From assembly GCF_037042905.1 (NCBI RefSeq), contig NC_087251.1:8496001-8560000 (forward strand): DNA of 64,000 nt. The letters are read 5' to 3'. Source of the DNA: Lytechinus pictus (Eukaryota). Shown here one piece after another: positions 1 through 13,900 of this stretch (positions within the stretch are counted from its first letter, which is position 1; each line of letters begins with the position of its first letter). The position numbers and the translations under genes were made by a program. Under the pieces are notes generated by a model. It made no database searches, was not told the origin of the DNA, and saw nothing but the letters and a program-made list of their open reading frames with translations.

Positions 1-1379
1 TCATCTTCAAGGCTTATGACAAAAAAAAATACTTGACAAATCAATGAAAATTATTAAAGTGTGTGTGTTTTACTTTTTACAAACATGCATCAATCTTGCA
101 TCTTATTGGCTGCATGAAGAGTGCCGATGTAGCTGATGTGATATTTATTGATATTTATTGATAAATAGATTATCTAACAAAAATATCATTACAGCATCTA
201 AGTTTTCAAATGTTATGAAATGCTACGGGTGTCTTCTCGTTTACATCAAATGTCAACATAAAAAAGTCTTAATTTTTGCTCGCTTACAACTTTTTTTCAA
301 TTTTGCCCGATATGCCATATCTAGTCCCTTCAAAATCTTTGGCTCATTACACCACTGATATGTTTCATCACACTTCTATGCAAATGCTAATATACTAAAC
401 GTTGTGAGCGAGGAAGCATTAAAAAAATTTCAATGTTTTCATTTTAAAAAGATCAAATTTTGTATAGTAGATTTTGACATAAAAGTATTTGGAAAACGAT
501 ATCATATTTCACCTTTCTCTTCTTTTCTTTCCTTTTTTAGTCGTCATTTTTAGGGGGAAGCCCCCCAAGCCCACCCCCCCCCCCCCCATATGTGCACTTC
601 TACCAATAGCCTATTAATATTATGTTGTTATTATTTGATGAATAATTTTCATAGAAACAACTGGCTCAGAAAACTATTAAACACAGCCTTTCGTGAAAAG
701 CTCCCCCGGTTGTCCCGAAAAGGTGCGTTTATTTGACTCCCCTCCCTCAACCCACCCTTTCCAGAAAAGCTATCCTGGTTTTCTCGAAAGGGTGCAGCCA
801 TCCCTGCTCCACGAACGCAAACGATCGTAACAAGCCCAAGAAGATAAAGAAAATAATACAGTACAGTATATTGCATACATTTAGCACTTTGCAACATCTT
901 TCCAAAAGAAAAAGATGATGAAAAAAAAATCATATTTATGAAGTATCGATTTTCTAAAAATAACAAAATATGGTGAAAATTAGTTAATCATAGATTTTTG
1001 TTAATATACCAAACACATGTTTGGTATACAAACCACAAGTGAAAATCATTTCACATGCGAAGAGGGGCGCAATCGGAAGCTGATAAGTTTTTTTTTTTTA
1101 GATATAGGCCGATTGATTTCAGCCATTTATAAATCTTCAAATTTTGTAGGTATTTGTGATTACTTTATGGTGGAAGTTTGATGAATTGAAAGAAAAGGTT
1201 TGATATGATTGAAAAATATGAAGATCGTTTGGTATTATATATCCACTACCATACATTACGGCAGTATCAATGTTATTCCAAGTTGTCACAATTGTACACT
1301 CACCCGCTTGTGTGGTACAACATTATTTGCTGATTTGTACTTGTTTAGTCCTATTTATTATTACTTTTGTGCCTTTCGC

Positions 1380-1605
1380 CATTTATTAGCAGTTTTGAAG
1401 GCTTTTTCCCGAGGGAGGTATCACCCTTATATTAGCCATTTTGAAACCGTTTCCGCAAGGGAGATATTCTCCCTTTAGCCATTTTGTAGCCGTTTTCCAC
1501 AAGGAAGGTATTCGCCATTTATTAGCCGTTTTGTAGCCTTTTTCCACGAGGGAGGTATTCGCCCTTTATTAGCCATTTTCCCCAAGGGAGGTATTCGCCA
1601 TTTAA
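1380..1605. repeat. Degenerate ~40-bp tandem repeat (TTAGCCATTTTGTAGCCGTTTTCC..AAGGGAGGTATTCGCC)
   Basis: About 5 imperfect copies visible. Confidence 0.7.
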
Positions 1606-1776
1606 TTCTGATAAAAATCATTGTTGCATGGAGTTAGCTTTCAATAGTCGGTACACTTTTTTTGTCACAGTTTTTTAGCCATTTTCTCGCTTTTTTCTAG
1701 CCGTTTCCTGTGGGGAAAAAGGGAGAAAAAAGAGAAAAAACGGCGAATCACCCAAACCAGCCTGGCTCACTGTGTA

Positions 1777-3949
1777 GGGTGTCTGGGTAAAAAATTATTT
1801 TTCTTATTTCAAGAAAATATCATATTTTCTTTGTGAATTTGAAGAGAAATGACCTTCAGACTGACAGAAATGTAACATTTTTGAAAAAATCCAATTATTG
1901 GCTGCAAAAAAGAAGAATGAAATTAGGTCAATTTTCTCATTTCTCTGCCATACCGTCCATATATATAGACTGTGTAGTTAAGAAATGGACACACACAATT
2001 CCAAATTTTTAGCTTCCGAGAGCTGTTATAAATTTATCTTTAATGCTAAAAACTTGTCCGTAAAGAGTCCAATAGGATTTTTTATGCTCTTTCTGATGGT
2101 ACGATTTTTCTAAAGATCTGGAAACCAGATCACAATGAAAAATTGCGACAAAGTGAAAAAAATTGTGCACAACGGACATTTCATTTTCCCATAGAAAACG
2201 CATGGGGAAATGGCAATCTCAACACACACACAAATAAGGGTTTGCAATTTATCTCTAAAGGGTCATTCCATCTGGATTCACCCAGTGGTTGCACCCGACC
2301 GTCTCAGAATTCGTTGTAAATTGGTACACATAAAATTCACCATGGCCCACGCACAAAACAAAAAAATTAGTCCAATTGGTCCGTCGGTTCTCGCGCTACG
2401 GCCCGCCCTTTTCTCCTTGTTTTGACAAAAATGGGCGTGACCCTCAACTTTCAATGGCCACTGCGTCGTAACGTGTTGACCAATTTTCATGAAACAGGTA
2501 CCATTTATTAGAAAATTCAGAGAGGAATCCAAAACATGCATCAAATAATGTATTGGAGCGATTTATAAGGTCATGACCTTTGACCTTTACTTTGACCTTG
2601 AGTTTGACCCCCGGACAAATAATTTTTTAACTTGATTTTCGTGTATGTTAATCATTTGTATGATATTGACAAAATATGTTAAAACCAATGATGATATTTT
2701 ATGTCTTCACCTTTTAAAACTCTTCCAAAGATACCATGAAATTTCACTCTAGTCCTACATACTGATATTCATGTTAGTAAAGTGTTAACCATTTACATGA
2801 TTTCTTCCAATCTTAAGTTACAGTATGCATGCACATGAAAAGAAATTAAGCTCATCAGTTCACAAATGAAACATTAAACATTTATGCTCATGAATAGGTA
2901 TCTGTTTAGGCAATTTGATGTTCAGCAATATATGTCATATATATACATATATATATATATATTCTTGTTAGTAAATAGGCATATACTCAACAATTTGATG
3001 ATAAAAGTAAACACTTTACTAACAAGAATATATATATATATATGTATATATATGACATATATTGCTGAACATTTAATTGCCTAAACAGATACCTATTCAT
3101 GAGCATAAATGTTTAATGTTTCATTTGTGAACTGATGAGCTTAATTTCTTTTCATGTGCATGCATACTGTAACTTAAGATTGGAAGAAATCATGTAAATG
3201 GTTAACACTTTACTAACATGAATATCAGTATGTAGGACTAAGAGTGAAATTTCATGGTATCTTTGGAAGAGTTTTAAAAGGTGAAGAAATAAAATATCAT
3301 CATTGATTTTAACATATTTTGTCAATATCATACTAATAATTAACATACATGAAAATCAAGTTTAAAAATTATTTGTCCGGGGGTCAAACTCAAGGTCAAA
3401 GTAAAGGTCAAAGGTCACGACCTTATACATTGCTCCAATACATTATTTGATGCATGTTTTAGATTCCTCTCTGAATTTCCTAATAAATGGTACCTGTTTC
3501 ATGAAAATTGGTCAACACGTTACGACGCAGTGGCCATTGAAAGTTGAGGGTCACGCCCATTTTTGTCAAAACAAGGAGAAAAGGGCGGGCCGTAGCGCGA
3601 GAACCGACGGACCAATTGGACTAATTTTTTTTGTTTTGTGCGTGGGCCATGGTGAATTTTATGTGTACCAATTTACAACGAATTCCGAGAGGGTCGGGTG
3701 CAAAATTGCACATTCATTGGGTGAATTGGCATGGAATGACCCTAAATCCTTATTCAAAATGATCATATAAACTTGTCCTTACTGTCAAAAGAAGCCCCTG
3801 AATTTTCTCTTTCCATACATGTCAAACACAAGTTAATCAATTCAGATCACATTTTTCTAGCAGCCTGAACTTCCCGAAAAAATGTGCCATTTTCCCCCCT
3901 AAATCAGCCTGTTTTATGTTGACACTTTTCAGTGTGGCTTCAGACACCC
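1777..3949. mobile_element. Non-autonomous TA-flanked element containing a long fold-back
   Basis: TA-GGGTGTCTG at 1775-1785 and CAGACACCC-TA at 3941-3951; internal inverted arms ~2289-2975 and ~3015-3703. Confidence 0.7.
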
Positions 3950-4909
3950 TAGTATTACCTCTGGTGAGCCTTCGCCGTCGAGAAAGCGCTAGCCCACTCA
4001 CACGTATTGCGAGGCTAGTATGCTATACTAACGAATCCCCATACTAACCTCACACCACGTACGTGTTTACGCTACGGATTTTAGAGTTGTCGGTTAAGAA
4101 TCGCTTCATACCACAAATAATGTTACTTAGCCGAAAACTCATTCCGCAACTCACCAGGGCTTTTTCTGGTGAAAAGCGTTCCAATTTCAATTTTACAAAT
4201 ATTTTTTTATGTAAAAAGCATATAAAAAAAGAGCAAAATCACTTACCTCGGGCTTGGCCTGGAAAGTTGCTTCGCATGTCTCTTCGACGGAAATAAAACT
4301 AAGGAAGGTTGTTGATGGCGCTAAAGCCAAGTAAAAAAAGAAAGTAGTTGATCGTCCTCGCGCGCATCTATTTTGGCTGCCGCATGAAATTTTTTACTAT
4401 TTACTATTTTCAAAAATTGGCTAAAAAAATATCAAAAAGTGATGTTTCTCGCCCGCTTCCCTTTTTGATTGCCGCATCAATTTTATTCATATTTACTATT
4501 ATTATGGCTGCTGAAAAGCTAAAAAAATACACAAAATTGGCGAGCGATTTGCTCTCATGTGCTCTCGGATCTCTTGCACCTTCCTAAAACAATTGCAAAG
4601 TCCGATGTCGCCAATGAACTGCAATAAAGAAAAAAATTCTGATTTGGTTTTTTATTGGTAATTTGAAGATACAATCATAAATTAGCGAGAAAGTAAAGTT
4701 TGCAAACTCTGAAAAAATCACAGATTTCTTCATTTTTATTGCATTTTCGGGGACCCCGCTTCCTGAATGTGAACAAATCTGTCGCGTGCTTTGGAAATAT
4801 GGTGCAGAAAAATCAATTTTAATGACGTAATTTGTATTTCAGGGTTTTTTTTTTGTGAGTGATAGCGCCTGTACCCGGGCCTGTACTTCGATGTGTGTTG
4901 CGGTGATTG

Positions 4910-5325
4910 CCCGGGGGGGGGGGGGGCACTTACATTGACGAGTGGATAACAAAAAAAACACGTAAAAAGGATGTCTTTTTCAAGATGGGGCATGTTACGT
5001 AAGTAATGTAATAAGGGTGTCAAAAACACTAAAATAATGAAAAAAGGGTATCTATTTTCGCTAGAAAAGCTACGTGTTTAGGGTAAAATTTGCGAGGGTG
5101 TAAAAAATTAAGACTGAAATGTTTTATAAAGGATGTACTTTTTGCCCCAAGAGTCAACACTACGTGTTTAGAGTACGATTTGCGCGAGATGTGGGAGGTG
5201 GGCCGGGCTGTACTAAACCCAATGATGTGGGTAAAGGTAAAGCCGACGACCGACGTAACAATAAAAATATCGCTGTACTTGTTTAGGGGGCCAATTCAGG
5301 GAGTATCATTTTGTTTCCAATACTT
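4910..5325. mobile_element. Fragment of a CCCGGGG-terminated non-autonomous DNA element
   Basis: Starts CCCG(n)CACTTACATTGACGAGTGGATA; its reverse complement recurs at 55270-55390 and 59713-59836. Confidence 0.7.
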
Positions 5326-6049
5326 GTTAAAGGACAAGTCCAACCCAACAGAAAGATGATTTGAATAGAAAAAGAAAATTCAAACAAGCAGAACACTGAA
5401 AATTTCATCAAAATTGGATGTAAAATAAGAAAGTTATGACATTTTAAAGTTTCGTTAAATTTCACAAAACAGAACATATGCACATCCTGGTCAGTATGCA
5501 AATGATGACATCACCCACTCACTATTTCTTTTGTATTTTATTATATGAAATATCCTAATTTTCTCCTCATTGTCATGGGAAACAAAGTTTCATTCCCCCC
5601 TGAACATGTGGAATTCGATTGTTTTTCTTCAGTTAGATGCACATCTTTTTAATTATTGCAAAAAAATGCTCAGAATGTGTTATCTTCATTTCTTGTTGAA
5701 ATGTCCAAAAGTTTTAGCTTGTGATTCATGCTCGAAACAACTCCCAAGGATGCCCTTTTAACAGTTAATTGACCAAAAAACGAGTTATACAACATCAGTT
5801 TTGAAATTTTGTCCAAACCGCTCGTTACACTCTCGCGAAAAATAAAGCCTAACTATATATCTTACCATAATCAGAAATCACTTTAAAAAGGCTTTGCTCT
5901 ACTTTACTCTACTTTGCTCCGCCGCCCTTCTTTTTGCCTCCCCATCCTCATTACAATTGAACAGCAATGGAGTTTCTCTCCCCCCCCCCCCTCCACCATG
6001 CTTACCCTTCCGGTCTTCCTAACTTCACCACCGATTATTTCATTTTTTT

Positions 6050-6346
6050 GATTAACGAACCTTCGGAACAACAAATCTTATTTCGTTTTCGGATTATCAA
6101 ACCTTCTGAATAAGGAACCTTATTTTGTTTTGGACTAACAAACCTTCAGGATAACAAACCTTATTTCGTCTTCGGACTAACGAACCTTCGTATTAAATAA
6201 CGAACCTTATTTCGTTTTCGACTGACGAACCTTCAGAATTACGAACCTTCGGAATAACGCCACAAATGTTCAGATTAACGTTTTCGGATTAAAGAAAATC
6301 GAGGTAATAGGCAATTTACATGTTTCGGAATTACGAAGTGTAACCG
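6050..6346. repeat. Array of AACGAACCTTCGGA-like motifs (end of a non-autonomous element)
   Basis: More than 8 imperfect copies ending ...TTCGGAATTACGAAGTGTAACCG. Confidence 0.6.
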
Positions 6347-6934
6347 CCTTTTTTATCAAAAAGTGACACAGGCTGTCACTGGTGTTTTAGAGCGAGTATT
6401 TATCGCCGATGGTTCAGGTAGGTGTAGCGGTAGTGAAGTGTAGTGGAGCCTATATATGCACCCACCCACGGGTGCATTACATGCCGCTGTGCACAGGAAA
6501 ATTGTAGACATGGCGCATGCAACACTTGCACTTAGATTTTTACAAGAATAACAATATTCTACGAAACTTACCGAATGATATGAATCAAATTTTTGCTAAT
6601 CCTAAAATACTACATTTAAGCGCTGATTTCTCTTCTCGTTGATGAACTGAGGAGTTAACTCGCATTTCCCGAATTTTACCTCTAAAGAGGGTGCTCAATT
6701 CATATTCATAACAAAGACACTACAAAGGAAAGACTAGGCACTAAAATTATTTTACACGTAAATCGATGCAAAGCATTACGTGAAGTCGGCAAATTGTCCA
6801 CTATAGACTTTGGTCGAATGTTTGTTGACAAATGAATGGTAGCTCGCACTGCTGGCTTCGTTCAAGGCACGTATAATTTTCTATTGTTTTGTTTTATGTG
6901 TAATTACTTTTAGTGTTTTCCAAAAAGTTTTATT

Positions 6935-7923
6935 GTCAGTAATCCGGCCCAAAGCGCCGAAGGGCCAGATGAGCTTGTGGCGTGGCGTCCGTCGTCTGTC
7001 CACAATTTCAAAATGCTTCTTCTTGGTCATTTCAAGTCCGATTTCAATTCTGTTTGCTTTTTTTTATAGCACTAGGTTGGGGATTCAAAACTTTTACAAA
7101 GAATTTTGAAACTCATTAAATATGCTAATTTATGCACATTTTTCAAAATTCACAAAAAATGCTTCTTTATTTGTTTTCCGATTTTAATTTTTATGCTTCC
7201 TTCTGGTAGAGCTTCATGAGTTTCACTAAACTTCTACACAGAATTTTGAAGAGAAAAAATTTTATGCTAAAATTGCAAAATCGATTTATGCGTATTTTTC
7301 CAAATTCACATAAAATACTTCTTCTTTATTTGCCAATTTTTTTCTTCTTCCGTCTGGTAGAGCTTCATAGGTTCACCAAACTTCTACACAGAATTTTGAG
7401 TAGAAAGTTATTTATGTTAAGTTATGCAAAATTTATTCATAAATCCTAGAAAATGCCTCTTTTATTTGTTGACTGATTTGATTTTTTTTCTTCCATCTGG
7501 TAGAGCTGCATGAGGTTCACCAAACTTGTACACAGTATTTTGAAATTTCGACCAGAAAATTACTTACGCTAATTTTTGCAAAATTTATTCATAATCACAA
7601 ATGTCTGCTTCTTATTTATTTGTTGACATTTTATTTAAATTTTTTTTTGTTCCATCAGTGAGCTACATGAGGTTCACCAAGGTTCTACACAGAATTTAGA
7701 AATTTTGACTAGAAAATTATTTATGCTTATTTATACGAATTTTTTTCTTCATAAATTAGAAAAATTGCTTCTTTTTTGTAATTTCTTCATCAATTTCAAT
7801 TCTGTTTCCTCAATTTATGTCACCAATATAATTCTCTACAGTGTCAACTTGGCTGAAATTAAAAATTGTGTTAAATTTCTTTGCGAGATGCTGGATGAGC
7901 TCCACATCATTAATGTGCTAGTT
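6935..7923 (+). mobile_element. Helentron/DINE-1-like non-autonomous element with internal minisatellite
   Basis: 5' hairpin, (CGTC)-type microsatellite, tandem ~120-180-bp units, 3' end ...GTGCTAGTT. An inverted copy lies at 47808-49303. Confidence 0.7.
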
Positions 7924-7948
7924 TCACTCTTTCTTTGAATATGTTCAG

Positions 7949-10900
7949 GTAAAACAGAAGGAGACAAAAAGGCAGAAGAAATGGAGATGTTCACAAAACT
8001 TTACACTGAAATGAAAGGTCCAGATAAAAAGCAAGACAAGACTCTCAGTGCCATTCCCAGATTTTATTTCAAAGTAAGTAATTATTCAGAGAATTTTTTT
8101 TGTCAGTAGGGCCAAGATTAGATGGTGGATTCAGGTCAACAGTTTTTATTTCAAGTCTTGTTAAAAATCACTGTATTAATCAAAATCCTTTTTGTTCATT
8201 TCGAAAGTTGCACTGTTATATCAGAGGGTGTTCCTGATTTATATTCCTTTATCTTGGCCTTTGTGACATCTTTGATACTCTATAATGTGATTCATATTGC
8301 AGCTTCAAAAAACAGAATTAAGCTATACAATTTGTATGTGTCAAGTTTAAGATTTTTGCCTTGCCTAAACAAAGTTTGGCAGAGACCTAGGAATCCCCTT
8401 TCCTGTTAGTCTGATGGTCTGTTACATAAATGTTAAAGTTTTTGTTTAACTTGCTATCATTTCTTTATTATCTCGCCCACCAGAGGTGAAGGCGAGACTA
8501 AGGGATCCAAATGTCGTCCGTCATCCGTCCGTCACAAACCTAATGACACAAAACTCCACAACCGTAAGTCGCTTTTCAACCAAACTTGGATGGTAGATGG
8601 ACTTGGGGGACCTGCATGTTATGCTGCAGTCGGAGGTCACATGGTAAGATCAAAGGTCATTTTCAGGTCAACGTTAAAGTTTACATGCAAGACTCCACAT
8701 GTGAAGTTTACATGTGAAGTTTACATGTGAAGTTTACATGTGAAGCGTGTAAGGTCACATGGTAAGGTCAAAGGTCATTTTCAGGTCACGTTAAAGTTTA
8801 CAAGTTTACATGTGGAGTTTACATGTGGTTTACATGTGGAGTTTACATGTGGAGCGTTGTGGCCCAGTGGATTAGTCTTCGGACTTTGAAACAGAGGGTC
8901 GTGGGTTCGAATCCCAGCCATAGCGTAATTTCCTTCGGCAAGAAACTTATCCACATTGTGCTGCACTCGACCCAGGTGAGGTAAATGGGTACCCGGCAGG
9001 ATTAATTCCTTGAATGCTTGAGCGCCTAGGCAGCCCAGCTAAAGCCGGGGTAATAATAGCAGGGCCCGCTGGGAGAACAGTTTTCGGAACTGAAGCAGCT
9101 ACCCTGGGTAAATATACCGCTATTATTATTATTATTATTATTACAAGCAAGACTCTCTTATGACACCTAACTCCGCAACCGTAAGTCACTTTTCAACCAA
9201 ACTTGGATAGTAGATGGACTTGGGGGACCTGCATGTGATGCTGCAGTCAGAGGTCACATAGTAAGGTCAAAGGTCATTTTCAGGTCAACGTTAAAGTTTA
9301 CATGCAAGACTCTCTTATGACACCTAACTCCGCAACCATAGGTCACTTGTCAACCAAACTTGGATGGTAGATGGACTTGGGGGACCTGCATGTTATGCTG
9401 CAGTCAAAGGTCACATGGTTAGGTCAAAGGTAATTTTCAGGTCAATGTTAAAGTTTACATGCAAGACTCTCTTATGACACCTAACTCTGCAACCGTAAGT
9501 CGCTTTTCAACCAAACTTGGATGGTAGATGGACTTTGGGGACCTGCATGTTATGCTGCAGTCGGAGATCACATGGTTAGGTCAAAGGTCATTTTCAGGTC
9601 AACTTTAAAGTTTACATGCAAGACTCTTATGACACCTAACTCCGCAACCGTAAATCACTTTTCAACCAAACTTGGATGGAAGATGTACTTAGGCGACCTG
9701 CATGTTATGCTGCAGTCGGAGATCACATGGTAAGGTCAAAGGTCATTTTCAGGTCAACATTAAGTTTACGTACAAGGCTCTTAGGACAAGAGTTATTCTC
9801 TCCCAGTCATTTCACAATGAAGTTTCGATACAATTCTGTTGCGTGCCCTCGCAAATCACGATATTTCTGGTTATTTTCATAAGGCGCGAGACACAAAATC
9901 GCTTTTGCCTTGTTTCTGCATCTGATTGATGTCTCAATTAGTCTACTTTAATTCCATGATTGTAGACTTTGCAACTTCTATTGTATTTTCTCTTTATTAA
10001 AGTAAGATTGGAACTAGTACTGTACAATAATAGTTCTAAGCTGATTGTTTTGGGGTGCTCTGTGTACTTTGATTGTGAATTCATGTTGTTTTATTTGATA
10101 TAGTTACCAGGTGAAGATGATGTACTGCTTCAAAAATTAAGAGAGGAATCCAGGTAAGATATTTTTTTGTGAATGCAGGTAAAAAGCATCAAGAATGCAC
10201 ATAATTTGTGAAAAGTACACACCACCAATGTTTATTATCATTTCTTTATTGTGCGGTGTTCTCTTTTCCTCTCTTTATGCCGCCACCAACCATAGATGGT
10301 TTGTGAGGCAATTTATGTTTTGGGGGTCATCACTCTGTTTATTTGCCCTGTTTTTATTTTGATAAAAGAGTGATCTTCTGCTTAGCCCATGTAAGGAGAG
10401 ATGTTATTTGGGGGTCATGAGGTCAAAGGTCACAGTGGTCATTATATACATTGAAACATTTTGTTCTCCAATAACTGGAGAACTGACTGAGAGATCAACT
10501 TCAAGCTAACAAATAACAGATATGAAAATATAGAAACTCTCTTGAACATTATATTATTAGATCATGTGTGAGAGGGGAACAAGTAGATCTTCAGTTGAGA
10601 CTTGAATTCAGCAAATAAAAAAAAAAGGAAGAAAATATTAGTGCAATTGCAATTACAATCCAGTTGTGAAGTGAGAGTTATACTTGGTTTTAAGTTAAAT
10701 GCAGTATATGTATTTAAGATCTGGTAATAGTTGTAGCCTGCGGATGTAGACTGCGTGAAGTAAAAATTGAATAATTCATGTACATGTATGTTTTTCTATT
10801 GGTTGATCTTATTTAGAGCCGTTTTTTTGCAAAGGAGGAGTAGAGAGCTACTAGATAATGAAGAGCTGCAGGTATATCATTGTTTTGTTTTGTTTATTGA

Positions 10901-13900
10901 ATATTTTGATAAATATACAACACCCCTTACCCTTTCCTCTTCAACCAAGTATGAATACCCACATAACACTGCATCAAAGTCAATAGAAAGGTAATAATGT
11001 GAAAAGACATTTAAAGGCCAATTCATTCTCAGTGAGCAAGTTGATTTGAATGGTAAAACCAATAAAAATCAAACAAGCATAATACTGAAAATTTCATAGT
11101 AATCCAATGTTGAATAAAAAAAGTTATGACATTGTAATTTTTTTGTTAAATTCATAAAATGTGTTAACTGCATGTACAATGCATATTATATGTAAATGAG
11201 ATAGATAGTCCATGATCTCACACATTCACCTTTTTTTTCATTAAATGAAGTACCAAATTTTTCATTTTTTAGACTCAACAGTACAAAAGCTCTTGACTGA
11301 ATCGGTATAAGTTCAGAATATGTCAATGATTATTGAAATGTTCATGGAGCAGTCACACTATGTTCTACATTTTATTTCATATTCCATACATTAATCATCA
11401 TAAGCTTCCTCATTTGCATATGACCCATGCTGTGTAGATAATTACTGACTGTGTGAAATTAAGTAAAATGTTAAATGTCATAACTTCTTGTTTTACTTCG
11501 AATTTGATGAAGATTTCAATTTTATATTTGTTTTCTCTCCAAATCAAATGGTTGAGATAGTTTAAGCAGATAGGTTTTATAACTATTGGAAAAGGTGTGA
11601 TTGTGAACACATTACGTGATTAAGTTGATATGACTCATTGTGAATGTATAATGACAAACTGAATAATCATTTTATAGGTGTTGACCAAACTTTAGTACTT
11701 ACAGTGTGCAATGATTTCAAGACATCATGAATGATTATTCCTGTCAAACGACAGAAGGCCTTCCATATTTGTTGAAAATAATTACAAATGTCATTTAGCT
11801 CATTCTCTTTATTCATTATTCAAACACTTTGACATTGTGTTCAATTATGTAAGAATTAATTTTAGTTCTCACAAGTAATGTTTGTCTATTATGGTATATT
11901 ACAATTTGATTACAGAATTTGTGGTTTTTGCTTGACAAACACCATACACCACCTGTAGTCGGTGAAGATCAGATGATAAACTATGATGACTTTCTTAAAG
12001 TTGCTACAGAAGCAGGGGAAAAGTGCAAGTAAGGATAATTACAGTTGCCATGATATTTTACAGTGGCCTCCAGATAACGATATACTTTATCCATGGCATT
12101 CATTTACTCATTTGTGACATTTTGCCTGATTGATGGCATTAGTGATCTTACGAATTGTGTCGTGGGAATTTCATTATCGTAAAATAATTTGCATTTTGAT
12201 ATGAAATATATGCATTCCTTGATATTCAAATACTGCACATGCATGTTTGATTTAATACATTCATGTAAAAGTAGATAATATCTAGGGGAAAATTACACAG
12301 GGGCTCTGAAATAGTGCCCCAGAAAATTCCCATTGACTACAATGTTAGATCATATCCAATGATACAGAATTAGGCAGTGCATTGGGAAAAATAGCCCCTG
12401 GAAGTTTTTTTTTGCCTGATAATACCTTTAAAAAAAGTCAAGAATTCCAATATTTTTTCTTCTACTCCCTTTCCCCCTTCCCCTATCTCTGTCCTTTCCT
12501 CTATCTATCTGTCTCTCTGTCTTTGTATATCTTAGACCATTCTTTACAGCAACCATCTTTGCTAAGCTGCTTCAGAATGACCCCTATGGTAGAATCTCAA
12601 TCATGCACTTCTTCAACTATGTAATGCGTAAGGTGTGGCTTCATCAAACTAGGATTGGTCTGAGTCTCTATGATGTTGCTGGGCAAGGATTTCTCAAGGA
12701 AGCTGTAAGTTTGTTTACCCGACTCTGTTTTTTCCCTGAATACATGTAGTTAGATATGCATCATCTTGTCCAAACTGTCCAGTTATTTGGTTTTTATAAT
12801 AAAATCATTAACAAAAGTAAAATTGATAGTGCATAAATTCACTGAAAAGGGTTGCTGGGGATGCTCCTTTAATACTCAGAAAGGCTTGTTTAGAAAATGG
12901 CTTGACAAAGCGCAGCAATATTTTTGTGTACAAAATAAGTTTGGTTTGGAGCTTGTAGTGTGGGGGCTAACAACTTTTTTATTTTTTGCAAGGCAACCAA
13001 AAACTCTATACCAATCAAATCAAATTCTTTACAAAAATTATTGTAAATAAAACAAATATGTGCAAAACAATGTGTCCAGAGTTGCAAAAACAAAATGTGG
13101 AAGTCATTCAATATAAACATGAAATGATAATGGAATTGTAAAATATGAGATGATTTATGACAAAAAGAAATTATAATGACCTCTTTTAATTTTCAGAACC
13201 TTGATAGAATTAAACATTATAGAAGATACTTGCGCTACCATATTTTGTCACAATTCCATCTCAGTCTAGTTTGAAAAGCTGATGTAGGGATTTTTAGTTT
13301 GTTGCAATTCATATTTTATTTCATTCATCATTCATTCCATTTCAAATGGTACATTAACAATTCATATGAAATAATACTGGATCAGATAAAGAATATTGAA
13401 TAAAGATGTCTTTACTTACATATGTAATAAACAACTGATTGTGAACAAAAATCTATAAAAATTACATAGAAGAGGCAACTGGTCTGAAAGGGGGGGGGGA
13501 TAACATTAAAAAACAAAGAGAAATTAAAATCAGTCTCTTGTTCATTGAACTTTTGATACTCAAAATACTGGTTCATTTTCCAGCATGCTTTGCTAATTCA
13601 CCTTTTGCTTTCGCAATGTTACAGGGATCAGTAACTTGAGATTCAAGGTTATTAATCAAAACTTTTTAATGATATGATATATATACAGGATCTTGAGAAC
13701 TACATTCTTGAGCTGATACCAACCCTACCTCAACTTGATGGATTGGAGAAATCCTTCTACTCATTCTATGTATGTACAGCTGTCAGAAAATTCTTCTTCT
13801 TTCTTGACCCAATGAGGACAGGTAAGAATACCTCAGTATAACCTGATTAATGTACACTAACTCCGGGAATTATATAAATAATAATAATAATAGTAGTCAG

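Noticed and set aside
2278..3770. Twin ORFs MMHVLDSSLNF... on opposite strands
   Set aside because: A by-product of the inverted repeat; no recognisable protein motifs.
8851..8925. tRNA gene (A and B boxes), also near 26620/27334 and 47530
   Set aside because: These continue into SINE bodies and simple-repeat tails; no convincing cloverleaf or acceptor stem.
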